This document shows positions 7,853 through 17,029 of a DNA stretch of 64,000 bases, in pieces. Positions within the stretch are counted from its first letter, which is position 1, and the number at the start of each line of letters is the position of its first letter. A program made the position numbers and the translations under genes. The stretch is from Pirellulaceae bacterium (GTDB lineage Bacteria; Planctomycetota; Planctomycetia; Pirellulales; Pirellulaceae): assembly GCA_033762315.1 (NCBI GenBank), contig JANRLS010000079.1, forward strand, positions 11,292 to 75,291. The letters are read 5' to 3'. Below the pieces are notes generated by a model. It saw nothing but the letters and a program-made list of their open reading frames with translations, had not been told where the DNA came from and ran no database searches.

Positions 7853-10800
7853 CTACTTGGGAGCGGTACCGAGTGGCCTGCGGGTGAGGGTGCCGCCGGC
7901 CGACTTGGGCTTTTGCAGATAGGCGAAGAGATCGGCGATTTCTTCGTGCGTCAGCGTGTCCAAGAGGCCATTGGGCATCGCCGAGAGCTTGCTCAGCTTC
8001 TCTTGTTCGATGTCGCCCGGCGCGAGGATCACCTTCTCGCCGGTCGATTGCATGATGACCACTTCCCCCGCCGCGCCAGGCACCAGCAGGCCTGTCAGCG
8101 TTTGGCCGTTTTTCGTAAGGACCGTTTTCGAGGCATATTGCGACGAAATCACGTGCGACGGAAACATAATCGACTCCAGCAACTCCTTTTTCGTGAAGCG
8201 GCTGGCGACGGTGGTCAGGTCGGGGCCAAAGCTCTCGCCGTTGTTCTCGAAGCGGTGGCACTTGGCGCATTGGGCCTTGAAGAACACATCGGAGCCGCGG
8301 CTCGATTGCCCCTTGGCTTCGTCGCTGGCGAGGTAGGTCGCCAACTCATCGAACGAATAGCGGGCGTTTTCGGCGACCACGGGCAACTTGGCTTCGAGCT
8401 GGTCGGGATGCTTTTCGGCAAACCACTTTTGCCACGCGGCCAATTGCTGCTCTTCGGGTTGCTCGGCATCGATTTCGACGCCGGTCCAGTAGTGCAGCAG
8501 GGCGAGCGCCGGCTCGGCGGAGACCTTCAGCTCGGGATCCTTGGCCCGCATCTTCAGGCCGAGCAAAATGACCTGCCGCAGCACCTCGGGCGATTCGGGT
8601 GCCTTTTCGACCTCCATCAGCTTGTTGCACACCTGCCGGGCGGCGGCGGCATCGAGGCTGGGAAGGCTTTTGATGAGCAATTCCCAATTCGCACCTGCGG
8701 GTTGCTGGGCGAGGCCGAGCGTGGCGGCCTGGCGGCGCTCGGGCGATTCCTCCCAGATTTTGCGGAGGTAGTCCATCGAATCGGCATCGCCGCTGCGAGC
8801 GAGCACGGCAATCAGCCCTACTTGCAGCCGCTGGATCGAATCTCCCTGCAGGCCAACGAGCTTTTTGTCGAGGTCTTTGACGAGCGACAACGTGGCGGAA
8901 TCGAGCACCTGGGGGAGCTTGTAAATCGCGCCCAACGCCGCGTTGGGCCACTTGTCTCCCTTGGCGAGGACGAGCTTCGCCTCTTCCTCGGTCAATTGCT
9001 TGCAAACATCGCGGGTCGCGTTGATGACGTAGCGGGCATAGCTGCCCCCCCCCTTGCGCAAGTTGGCTTCTTCGTAATAGGTGAGCAGCGCCAGCCGCTG
9101 CGGCACGGTCCAGCCGCTTTCGAGAAACCGCAGGTGCAGGGCGAGGTGCAGCTTGTCGATGTCGGCGGCGTCCGACTTGAGATAGGCGAGATAGCGATCG
9201 ATGATCGACGACTCTTGCAGAAAGACGAGCAGCCGGGCGAGCTCGCGATTCATCAGCGGATCGCCCGCGGGAAATTCCTCGGCCAAAATGCGCTTGAGGC
9301 CGGGGATTTCGTCGGGCTTGATGTCGCCGCGGGTGATGGCCACCTGCATGACGCGGAGCATGTCGATGAAGTTTTTGTCGCTGACGAACTTGCCCATCGC
9401 GGTGCTGCATTGCTGGAGAACCGCCAGGGAGTTGTCGCGGCTAGGATCGCAAACGACGAGCGCCAGCCCCCCTTGAATGAGCACGCGATGATCGGTGGCG
9501 GCGAGCACTTTCTCGCGCCATTCCTCGACCGGCATGCGCTCGAGCACGCGGCGGGCGGCCCAGGCTTCGTGGCGGTCGTCGGAAGCGAGCAGTTTGAGCA
9601 GCTTGTCGAGCGGCGGTGCCTGGTCGGCCCGGGCGAGCGCTTCGCAAGCCGCGCGGCGGACGAAACGGTCGCTGTCGTCGAGCAAGTCAATCAGCCGCTG
9701 GTGGGTGATTTCGCTGGCATGCAGACCCATCAATTCGGCCGCTTTGGCCCGGACGAGTTCGTTTGGCTCGCGCGAGAGTTCGACGAGCAATTCGGACGAG
9801 GGCGGGGGGCCATACAGCTGCATCAGGTCGAGCGCTTGCAGGCGATAATGGGGGGGATTGGCGTGGCTTTTGGCGACGCCGCTGAGGCTGGGGTCCCAAT
9901 TGGTTCCCATTTGCTTGCGGAGGGCGGCGATGTTTTGCCGAGCGAAACTGGCCTGCAATTGCGGCTGGCGGATGACGGCCGAGAGGCCATTGCCGATGTC
10001 GCTGACTTCCTTCGGCACGAGGCCGTTCCAGGTGACGCGATAGATGCCGCCGCCGGTGCCGCGGCCGCCGGTGCAAAAATAGAGCCAACCATCTGGGCCC
10101 ACATCGAGATCGGTGACGTTGAGCGGATTGCCTTCGAGAAAGACCTCGCTGGTGGCCGAGTAGCTCGCGCCGGTCTTTTTGGGGCGAATCGCCAGAATGC
10201 GGCCTTGCGACCAATCGGCGGTAAAAATGGTGCCGTGGTAGCGGGCGGGAAACATGAAGTGGTTATAAACCACCATGCCCGCCGGCGAGCCGCGTCCGGT
10301 TTCGATCAGGGCGGGGAGCGAATCGACGAAATAGTCGGGCCAGTTGGCCCAGCCGCTGCGCCAGCCAAATTCGCCGCCGGGAATGACGTGGCACACGCGC
10401 GTCGGGCGATACCAGGTCATCCCTTCGTCCGACTCCATGTCGGCATCATGAATGAAGAGCTCCCCTTCGCGATTGAAGGCGAGATCGTAGGGATTGCGGA
10501 GGCCGCCGGCGAAGAGTTGCACGCCGCTCCCTTCGGTGTCGGTACGGATGATCGTGCCGCCGGGGGCTTTGATGCCGGCCGCGTGTCCACCTGGGTCTTC
10601 ATAGCGGGGCTGGAGCAAATCCCCTTCGTAAAAATCGCGGTGCGGGCTGCCAGAGTCGAAATTGCCTTCGATCGTGGCATGGTTGCCGAGGAGGACATAG
10701 ATCAGGCCGTCGGGACCAAGGACGAGGCCATGCGCGCCATGCTCCAGCACTTCGCAGCGAAAGCGAATCAGCGTGCGAACATCCTCCAGAATGCCGTCGC

Positions 10801-11656
10801 GGTCTTTATCAGACAGCCGATACAGCGCCTGGCCGCTGGGGCCGTCGCCGGTGACAAACACATCTCCGTTGAGGGCCAAAATGCCCTGGATGTTCTTGAT
10901 CTTGTCGCAGTAGGTCCGCACTTTCTCGGGAATCTTATCGTTGTTGCCGTCATAGATGAGCAGCAGCCCCCCCCCTTCTTTCGACGCCAAAATATGGCCG
11001 AATTCGTTGAAGGTCATCGCCACCAGCGAGCCGGTTTGCTCCCCTTCGATCACCTGCTGGACCTGAAAATCCTGGCCGATGGTGAATCGCTCGCTACGAC
11101 TCGTTTCGGCTTGGGGGACGTCCTCGCGGCGGTCCCAGGGAGCGGTGGCGGTGAGCGCGCCGAAGGACTGGGCGGTCTTCCAGTTGCGATCGTTGTAGAG
11201 GGCCGTATGCCACAGCGGTAGCGGGCGGAGTTCGGCCTTCCACGATTCGTCGGAGGAGAGCGAAATCCAATCGCCCCCTTTTTCTTTCACGGTCACGCGG
11301 GCCGCGAGGGCGGCCGTTTTGCCCGCTTTATTCACCACCCTGACCGCGATCAGGTTGGTGCCGCGGATCAGATTCTTCGAGATGTCGAATTCTGTCAGTT
11401 TCTTGGTCGATTCTCCCGTGCCGATGCGGCGGCCATTGACGATCAGCTCGAAGGCGTCGTCGGCGGCAATGGCCACCTGGCCCGCTTCGGGAGCCTTCAG
11501 CGAGAAGAGCTTGCGAAAGTGGCACGCTTCGCCGGTCGAAACATTGTCCTTCGTGCTCTCGGCCGACCAAATCCACTGGGCCTCTTGTGCGGCGAGCGGC
11601 GCAGCGACCACCCCAGCAAAGACAAACACGCCGGCGGTGCGGATCCATCCGATCAT
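7853..11656 (-). CDS. PVC-type heme-binding CxxCH protein with membrane-bound-dehydrogenase-like beta-propeller and HEAT repeats
   Basis: Signal peptide MIGWIRTAGVFVFAGVVAAPLAAQ. Beta-propeller-like middle region. HEAT-like repeats (DDSDRFVRRAACEALAR). C-terminal cytochrome c motif CAKCHRF followed later by LSAMPNGL. Confidence 0.85.
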   Translation of the reverse strand: MIGWIRTAGVFVFAGVVAAPLAAQEAQWIWSAESTKDNVSTGEACHFRKLFSLKAPEAGQVAIAADDAFELIVNGRRIGTGESTKKLTEFDISKNLIRGTNLIAVRVVNKAGKTAALAARVTVKEKGGDWISLSSDESWKAELRPLPLWHTALYNDRNWKTAQSFGALTATAPWDRREDVPQAETSRSERFTIGQDFQVQQVIEGEQTGSLVAMTFNEFGHILASKEGGGLLLIYDGNNDKIPEKVRTYCDKIKNIQGILALNGDVFVTGDGPSGQALYRLSDKDRDGILEDVRTLIRFRCEVLEHGAHGLVLGPDGLIYVLLGNHATIEGNFDSGSPHRDFYEGDLLQPRYEDPGGHAAGIKAPGGTIIRTDTEGSGVQLFAGGLRNPYDLAFNREGELFIHDADMESDEGMTWYRPTRVCHVIPGGEFGWRSGWANWPDYFVDSLPALIETGRGSPAGMVVYNHFMFPARYHGTIFTADWSQGRILAIRPKKTGASYSATSEVFLEGNPLNVTDLDVGPDGWLYFCTGGRGTGGGIYRVTWNGLVPKEVSDIGNGLSAVIRQPQLQASFARQNIAALRKQMGTNWDPSLSGVAKSHANPPHYRLQALDLMQLYGPPPSSELLVELSREPNELVRAKAAELMGLHASEITHQRLIDLLDDSDRFVRRAACEALARADQAPPLDKLLKLLASDDRHEAWAARRVLERMPVEEWREKVLAATDHRVLIQGGLALVVCDPSRDNSLAVLQQCSTAMGKFVSDKNFIDMLRVMQVAITRGDIKPDEIPGLKRILAEEFPAGDPLMNRELARLLVFLQESSIIDRYLAYLKSDAADIDKLHLALHLRFLESGWTVPQRLALLTYYEEANLRKGGGSYARYVINATRDVCKQLTEEEAKLVLAKGDKWPNAALGAIYKLPQVLDSATLSLVKDLDKKLVGLQGDSIQRLQVGLIAVLARSGDADSMDYLRKIWEESPERRQAATLGLAQQPAGANWELLIKSLPSLDAAAARQVCNKLMEVEKAPESPEVLRQVILLGLKMRAKDPELKVSAEPALALLHYWTGVEIDAEQPEEQQLAAWQKWFAEKHPDQLEAKLPVVAENARYSFDELATYLASDEAKGQSSRGSDVFFKAQCAKCHRFENNGESFGPDLTTVASRFTKKELLESIMFPSHVISSQYASKTVLTKNGQTLTGLLVPGAAGEVVIMQSTGEKVILAPGDIEQEKLSKLSAMPNGLLDTLTHEEIADLFAYLQKPKSAGGTLTRRPLGTAPK

Positions 11657-11968
11657 GGCAACCTCAAGGGCTGAACACAAAGGCGAGGTCCGTGCCTGGA
11701 CCACGCGGCGCTCCCACCTATGGGCCACGCCTTAAAGAACCGGCGCGGAAGCTACCATAAGCGGCGAAAGGTGGGCAATGCTGAAAGTTTCATGCTGGCA
11801 CCGGGGCAGATTTTTTCCGCCCCCCGGCGTCCAGACCGCCCCCTGCCCCGTCTGAACCTGGAGCGATGCTTGCGGCACTAACGAGGCAGTGCCGGGGGCT
11901 CGGTTCGCGCTCTTCGTCCGCGAAGAGGGGCCGAATTCACGTCGCCAGCGGCCTTCCGCGGCGTTAGA

Positions 11969-12574
11969 ATGCGGAATAGGCCGGCAGACTGCCTCCACAA
12001 GGTGGTTCCCGTGGAACTGCTCAACATCGACGAAACGACCCAGCAGCACTTTGCCCGCATCCATCGGGCCGCGCTGGTGCTATGCGGCAACCCGTGGGAT
12101 GCCGACGACTTGGCTCAGGAAACCTTTTTGGTACTCGCCCGTCAGGGGGGTAATTTCCAGGGTCGTAGTTCGATTTACACCTGGCTCTATGGCATTTTGC
12201 TGAATCTCGACCGCCGCGAGCGCCGCCGCTATGGGATGCGCCGCCGCAAGCTGCGTGTCCTCTGGGACAATCAGCCCGCCGACCACGGCACCACGCCGGG
12301 AGCCGACGCGAAGGCCGAAGTTTCCGAATGGAAAAAGAGCCTATGGGCGCGGGTCTCGCTGTTGCCCGAAGGGCAACGGCAGGCCCTGGTGCTGCGGTTT
12401 AGCGAAGGGCTGGCTTACGACGAAATCGCCGAAGTGCTGGAATGCCCGCTCGGCACGGTAAAGTCGCGCATCTTTCACGGGCTGGCTGGCTTGCGCCGCC
12501 TCATGGAGGAAGAAGGCGAGGAGTCGCGGCAATTGCCGGCCTATCCGGGCGAGGACCTCTCTCATGCCATTTGA
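11969..12574 (+). CDS. ECF-type RNA polymerase sigma-70 family factor
   Basis: Region 2 (DADDLAQETFLVLAR...YTWLYGILLN) and region 4 (QRQALVLRFSEGLAYDEIAEVLECPLGTVKSRIFHGL). A downstream alternative start is possible. Confidence 0.85.
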   Translation: MRNRPADCLHKVVPVELLNIDETTQQHFARIHRAALVLCGNPWDADDLAQETFLVLARQGGNFQGRSSIYTWLYGILLNLDRRERRRYGMRRRKLRVLWDNQPADHGTTPGADAKAEVSEWKKSLWARVSLLPEGQRQALVLRFSEGLAYDEIAEVLECPLGTVKSRIFHGLAGLRRLMEEEGEESRQLPAYPGEDLSHAI

Positions 12575-13103
12575 TCCCAAGCTGATTCATCCCGACGAGC
12601 CGCCAGTGAATGGGGCTGGCGATCTCGAATTGCCCGACGATCTGTCCGCCCTCGCCGAACAACTGACGGACGACGCCGCGCATCTGGCCGCTTCGTATCC
12701 CGCCGAGCTTGTGCCGGCCGAATTGGTGCCGGCAGTATCGCAGGCGGCAGCGGTTGCTCGCCCGGCGATTCAATCGCCCGCACGCCGGGGATTGCGCTCG
12801 CGAACGGGCGTGGCCCTCCTGACGGCCGCCGTTGCCGCGGGGCTTGCGATTTCGCTCTCCGTGCCGCTGGCGGTCAGTCAATGGCCGGCAAGTTCAGCGG
12901 GAAACCCGAGCGTCGCCACCGCGCCCCCTGCCGCGCCCGAGGCGGAAGCTCCGCCGGCAGCTCCGAACCAGGGCGACGAACCGGTGCCGATCAAGTCGGC
13001 GGCTCCGCGCTCGCAAACGGTGCTTTCGCTGACCGAGCTTTCGGGGCCGGAGCTCGAAGCGTTGCTCGATTTGCAGCCTGTCTCGGCCAGTGTCTCGTTT
13101 TAG
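12564..13103 (+). CDS. Single-pass membrane protein, candidate anti-sigma factor
   Basis: Overlaps the sigma gene by 11 nt. One TM segment (GVALLTAAVAAGLAISLSVPL). No zinc-binding HxxxCxxC motif, so the role is positional inference only. Confidence 0.5.
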   Translation: MPFDPKLIHPDEPPVNGAGDLELPDDLSALAEQLTDDAAHLAASYPAELVPAELVPAVSQAAAVARPAIQSPARRGLRSRTGVALLTAAVAAGLAISLSVPLAVSQWPASSAGNPSVATAPPAAPEAEAPPAAPNQGDEPVPIKSAAPRSQTVLSLTELSGPELEALLDLQPVSASVSF

Positions 13104-13118
13104 GCCAGCGGCCGATTC

Positions 13119-14483
13119 ATGCGGTGTACCTTTGCCATGCGGTGTACCTTGTCCATCACGCTGCTGCTGCTTGTTTCGGGGCTGGCGGCGCGCGCGGATG
13201 AAGCCGCGCCCGCCGATCCCTGGCCCGCCGCGGCGAGCAAGCTGCAAGGAGCAACGGTCACGGTCCGCATCTGGACCGGCGCTCAGCTCGCGGCCGCGAA
13301 TCCGCTCCCCGCCAAGCCCGAGGCTCCAGAGGCCGTCACGGTTTGCTCCGGCGTCTGCGTTCGTCAGGGTTCCATCGTCACGGCCGCCATGGCGGGCTCC
13401 GATTCGCGCATTCGCCTGACGTTGCCCGGCGGCAAGCAGGCCGATGCCAAGCTGCAAGTGATTGACGAAGTTTCGGGCCTCGCTCTCTTGCGAACCGATT
13501 CGACCGACGCGACCCCGCTCCCGCTCGCCGAGGCGCTCCCCGCGGTCGGTGCCGGCGTCATGACCGCCGCGGCGTGGGGGATCGAACTGCCACTGGTATC
13601 GCAAGGAATCGTCGCCGGAATCGACCGGCAGCGACCCGGTGCGACCAACCCGCCACTGTTGCAATGCGATTTGCGGACGACCGAAACCTCGAGCGGTGCG
13701 GGAGTGGTCGATCGTGCCGGCGGACTGGTCGGCGTCATCATCGCCGCCGATAGCCCCGAATCGCGCCGCGGCTGGGCCTATGCCGTGCCGGTGTCGCATG
13801 TGCAGCGGCTGCTGCGGGCCGCCGACGAACAGCAGGGAGCCGGGGTGACGATCATCAAGCGTCGCCGGCCGCTGGTGGGGATGGTGCTCGACCAAAACGA
13901 CGAGGCGATCGTGGTGCAGCGGGTCGTTGCCGGTGGTCCGGCCGAGAAGGCGGGCCTGAAGCCGGGCGATCAGGTGCTGGCGACCGATGGCGTGGCGATT
14001 CGCTCGGTGTATCAGGCGGTGCTGCCGACGCTGTATAAGCAACCTGGCGACACGCTCACGTTTCGCATCCAGCGGGAGGGGACGCCGCGCGACGTGCAAG
14101 TGGTGCTCGGCGGCGGTGTCGAGGTGACGTCGGCTCCTTTTGAATTGCTGGCCGGCCTGATGCAGCCCAAGGTGGAAGTGTCGCGCGATGCCGCGGGAAA
14201 CTACATCGCCAAGCGCGGCGAGCGGAACGTGCGCGAGGTGTTTGCCCCGCCATTGCCGGACGAAGAATTGCCCGCCGCTCCCGCCGCCGGTGGCGCGACC
14301 GCCGCCGAAAAGCTGGCCTTGCTCGAAAAGGCGCTCGATCGCTATCGCATCGTGATCGAGGTCCAGCAAAAGCAATTGGCCGACGAACAAAATCGCCGCC
14401 AGGTGCAAGAGGAGCTGATTCAATCGCTCCGCACCGAAATGGAAGCCCTCCGCCGTCAGATCGAAGCGGCGAAAGGTAAATAG
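13119..14483 (+). CDS. Secreted HtrA/DegP-like trypsin-fold protein with PDZ domain and C-terminal coiled coil; probably catalytically inactive
   Basis: Signal peptide present. Reads in register with DegP across CSGVCV..IVTAAMAG, DEVSGLALL and TSSGAGVVDRAGGLVGVI. PDZ segment is GMVLDQNDEAIVVQRVVAGGPAEKAGLKPGDQVLA. Heptad-like, Gln/Glu/Arg-rich tail. Confidence 0.75.
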   Translation: MRCTFAMRCTLSITLLLLVSGLAARADEAAPADPWPAAASKLQGATVTVRIWTGAQLAAANPLPAKPEAPEAVTVCSGVCVRQGSIVTAAMAGSDSRIRLTLPGGKQADAKLQVIDEVSGLALLRTDSTDATPLPLAEALPAVGAGVMTAAAWGIELPLVSQGIVAGIDRQRPGATNPPLLQCDLRTTETSSGAGVVDRAGGLVGVIIAADSPESRRGWAYAVPVSHVQRLLRAADEQQGAGVTIIKRRRPLVGMVLDQNDEAIVVQRVVAGGPAEKAGLKPGDQVLATDGVAIRSVYQAVLPTLYKQPGDTLTFRIQREGTPRDVQVVLGGGVEVTSAPFELLAGLMQPKVEVSRDAAGNYIAKRGERNVREVFAPPLPDEELPAAPAAGGATAAEKLALLEKALDRYRIVIEVQQKQLADEQNRRQVQEELIQSLRTEMEALRRQIEAAKGK

Positions 14484-14497
14484 TGGGGGCAGGGTTC

Positions 14498-15640
14498 CTA
14501 ATCTGCCTTCCGCTCTTTCTCCATCAGCCGCAGCGCCTCGACCGCCGTGCTTTGCAGTTGAATGCGTCCCGACTCGATCTGCTCGAGCGGGGATTGGGCC
14601 AGGGTTTTCAGCGACTGCTTGAGGCCGCTCAGGTCGGCATCGGGATTGGACTGGGCGAAAATCAGCGCGGCCCGGATGCCGTTGAGCAGCACGGTCGCCC
14701 GCTTGCGGTCTTGCTCGTCGGCATATTTTTCGTCCTTGGCGGCCTGATTGTTGTCCGGATCGAGCATCTCTTTCAGCACCGGCAGGCAAGCCGCATCGCC
14801 GCGACGGGCGAGCCCGGTGGCGGCGTTGTAGCGGGCGTTGGCATAGGGATCGTGCAGCATTTGCCGCAGCCGGGCGATCGCCTCGTCGCTGCCAATCACT
14901 CCGAGGGCGAAAGCGGCGACCGCCCGCACCTCGGCATGAGGACGAAAGGCGCTCGGCTCGTTTCCATCGACGGCGGCGGGGGCGGGGTCATCCTCGCTGC
15001 GCTCGCGCGATGCCGCCAGCAGCAGCTTCATCAGCTCGGCATTTTCGGCGAGGGTTTGCGGGCCAACGCTATCGGCCAGGGTGGTGATCGATTCCAGGGC
15101 CGCGATCCGCACCTCGACCTCCAGCGGGTGGCTCTCTTGCTTCGCCGCGCGCATGAGCACCGGCAGGCCATCGAGCAGAGCGAACGAACCAAGTGCCCGG
15201 CAAAGGAACATCCGCCGCATGATGCGGACTTTGTCTCCCGAGCCTTCGATTTTCACATCAAGATCGCGGCCGAGAAACGCGGCCAATTCGCCCGCCAGCT
15301 TAGTATCGCGGCGGAGCGCGTCGTATTTCGGATCGGGGCTGCGGAGCAGGTCGGCCAGTTCATAGGCCCGCTGCCAACTGCTGTCGTCGCCGCGCTGCAG
15401 CGCCTTGACCAGGTCATCGGGATTATCGCGCCCCATGTGCGCGAGCCAACTGAACGACAGCCACAGCAGCACCACAATCGAGACGATGGCAAGCGGAATC
15501 AGAAACAGCTGCAAAATGAAGCTGGCGGTCGGGGCTTCGACCGGCGGCAGCGATTCCAGCCGCTTCCCCTCCGGGCTGGTGGGGGGGGCGGCATCGGGGA
15601 GCGACATGGCGAATCCTCGCAAGGGAGCGTATTCTCTCAT
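14498..15640 (-). CDS. HEAT-repeat protein with N-terminal transmembrane segment
   Basis: TM segment FILQLFLIPLAIVSIVVLLWL. HEAT-like repeats (VRAVAAFALGVIGSDEAIARLRQMLHDPYANARYNAATGLARRGDAACLPVL). Confidence 0.7.
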   Translation of the reverse strand: MREYAPLRGFAMSLPDAAPPTSPEGKRLESLPPVEAPTASFILQLFLIPLAIVSIVVLLWLSFSWLAHMGRDNPDDLVKALQRGDDSSWQRAYELADLLRSPDPKYDALRRDTKLAGELAAFLGRDLDVKIEGSGDKVRIMRRMFLCRALGSFALLDGLPVLMRAAKQESHPLEVEVRIAALESITTLADSVGPQTLAENAELMKLLLAASRERSEDDPAPAAVDGNEPSAFRPHAEVRAVAAFALGVIGSDEAIARLRQMLHDPYANARYNAATGLARRGDAACLPVLKEMLDPDNNQAAKDEKYADEQDRKRATVLLNGIRAALIFAQSNPDADLSGLKQSLKTLAQSPLEQIESGRIQLQSTAVEALRLMEKERKAD

Positions 15641-15689
15641 CGTAGGTGACTACCGCGAGGCGTCAACGCCGCTGATCCGCCCCCCAGCC

Positions 15690-16406
15690 ATGCAACTGCT
15701 CGATTTGACCCTCCCGACGCCGGCCGAAAACCTGGCTCTCGACGAAGCCCTGCTCGACGCGGCCGAAACGGGGCAGACGGGCGAAATTCTCCGGTTTTGG
15801 GAAGCTCCCCGCCCCCTCGTCGTGCTCGGTCGTTCGTCGGTCGCCGCCGCCGAGGTCGATCTGGACCGCTGCCAGTCGCTCGGCATTCCGGTGCTGCGCC
15901 GGGCGAGCGGTGGCGCGGCGATCGTCGCCGGCCCCGGTTGCCTGATGTATGGCGTGGTGCTGAGCTACCAGCGACAGCCCGCGCTGCGGATGCTCGACCA
16001 GGCGCACGAGTTCGTGCTGTCGCGAATCGCCCTGGCCCTGCGCCGGCTGGGGCATGATGTCTCCCGCCAGGGAACCAGCGACCTGGCCCTGGCCGGCCGC
16101 AAGTTTTCGGGCAATAGCCTGCGCTGCAAGCGCGATCATCTGCTCTATCACGGCACACTGCTCTACGACTTCCCACTCGACCTGATCGGCCAGCTACTGC
16201 GCACCGCCCCCCGGCAGCCCGCCTATCGAGCCGGGCGGGAACACGGAGATTTTGTGGTCAATTTGCCAGTGGTCGAGCAGCAACTGCGGCAGGTCATCGC
16301 GAACTCGTTCGAGGCCTGGCAGGTTGCTAGTTCCTGGCCCGCGAATCAAGCCGCATCGCTTGTCGCCGAGCGCTACAGCCAGTCTGCGTGGAACATGATC
16401 CGCTAG
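15690..16406 (+). CDS. Biotin/lipoate A/B protein ligase family protein (lipoate-protein ligase-like)
   Basis: ATG at 15690 inside ORF 15405..16406. Motifs RRASGGAAIV and KFSGNSLRCKRDHLLYHGTLLYDF fit the LplA/LipB family. Confidence 0.75.
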   Translation: MQLLDLTLPTPAENLALDEALLDAAETGQTGEILRFWEAPRPLVVLGRSSVAAAEVDLDRCQSLGIPVLRRASGGAAIVAGPGCLMYGVVLSYQRQPALRMLDQAHEFVLSRIALALRRLGHDVSRQGTSDLALAGRKFSGNSLRCKRDHLLYHGTLLYDFPLDLIGQLLRTAPRQPAYRAGREHGDFVVNLPVVEQQLRQVIANSFEAWQVASSWPANQAASLVAERYSQSAWNMIR

Positions 16407-16481
16407 TCGTGCAACCCTTTCGGCCCAACCGCTCCGCGTCTATATTCACGCGTCGTCTCGCGTCATCCGCCGGAGCGTTCC

Positions 16482-17006
16482 ATGACCGCCGCGCTCGAAC
16501 TGAAAAAGTACATTCGCGACATTCCGGACTTTCCCAAGCCGGGCATCCTGTTTCGCGACATCACCCCCTTGCTCGCCGACGCGGTCGCCTTTCGCGAGGC
16601 GATTCACCGAATGGCCGAGCCGTATCGCGGCCAAAAGATCGATGCGATTGTCGCGGCCGAGGCCCGCGGCTTCATCTTCGCCGCGCCGCTCGCCCTCGAA
16701 CTGAACACCGGCTTCGTGCCGATTCGCAAGCCGGGCAAATTGCCGTACGAGCGGCATTCGTTCAAATACGCGCTCGAATACGGCAACGACACGCTGGAGA
16801 TGCACATCGACGGCGTCGAAAAGGGAGAGCGGGTGCTCGTGGTCGATGACCTGCTGGCCACCGGCGGGACGGTCGGCGCTTGCTGCCAATTGCTCGAGAA
16901 AACCGGGGCGGAAATCATCGGCTGTGCCTTCGCCATCGAGTTGCTGGCTTTGAACGGAGCCGCCGCCGTCGCGCCGCACAAAGTGTTCAGCCTGATCCAG
17001 TACTAA
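16482..17006 (+). CDS. apt: Adenine phosphoribosyltransferase
   Basis: [21 protein letters not shown] and the PRPP-binding loop [13 protein letters not shown], 174 aa. Confidence 0.93.
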   Translation: MTAALELKKYIRDIPDFPKPGILFRDITPLLADAVAFREAIHRMAEPYRGQKIDAIVAAEARGFIFAAPLALELNTGFVPIRKPGKLPYERHSFKYALEYGNDTLEMHIDGVEKGERVLVVDDLLATGGTVGACCQLLEKTGAEIIGCAFAIELLALNGAAAVAPHKVFSLIQY

Positions 17007-17029
17007 CCCGCCGCGTTGGTGAGAAACCC

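Noticed and set aside
7913-11221. A 1102-codon plus-strand ORF
   Set aside because: It is antisense to the heme-binding/HEAT protein gene, which has a signal peptide and a CxxCH motif. Its composition is the Arg/Gly/Ala-rich artefact type.
12894-14789. A 631-codon minus-strand ORF
   Set aside because: It is antisense to the anti-sigma candidate and the HtrA-like gene and has artefact-type composition.
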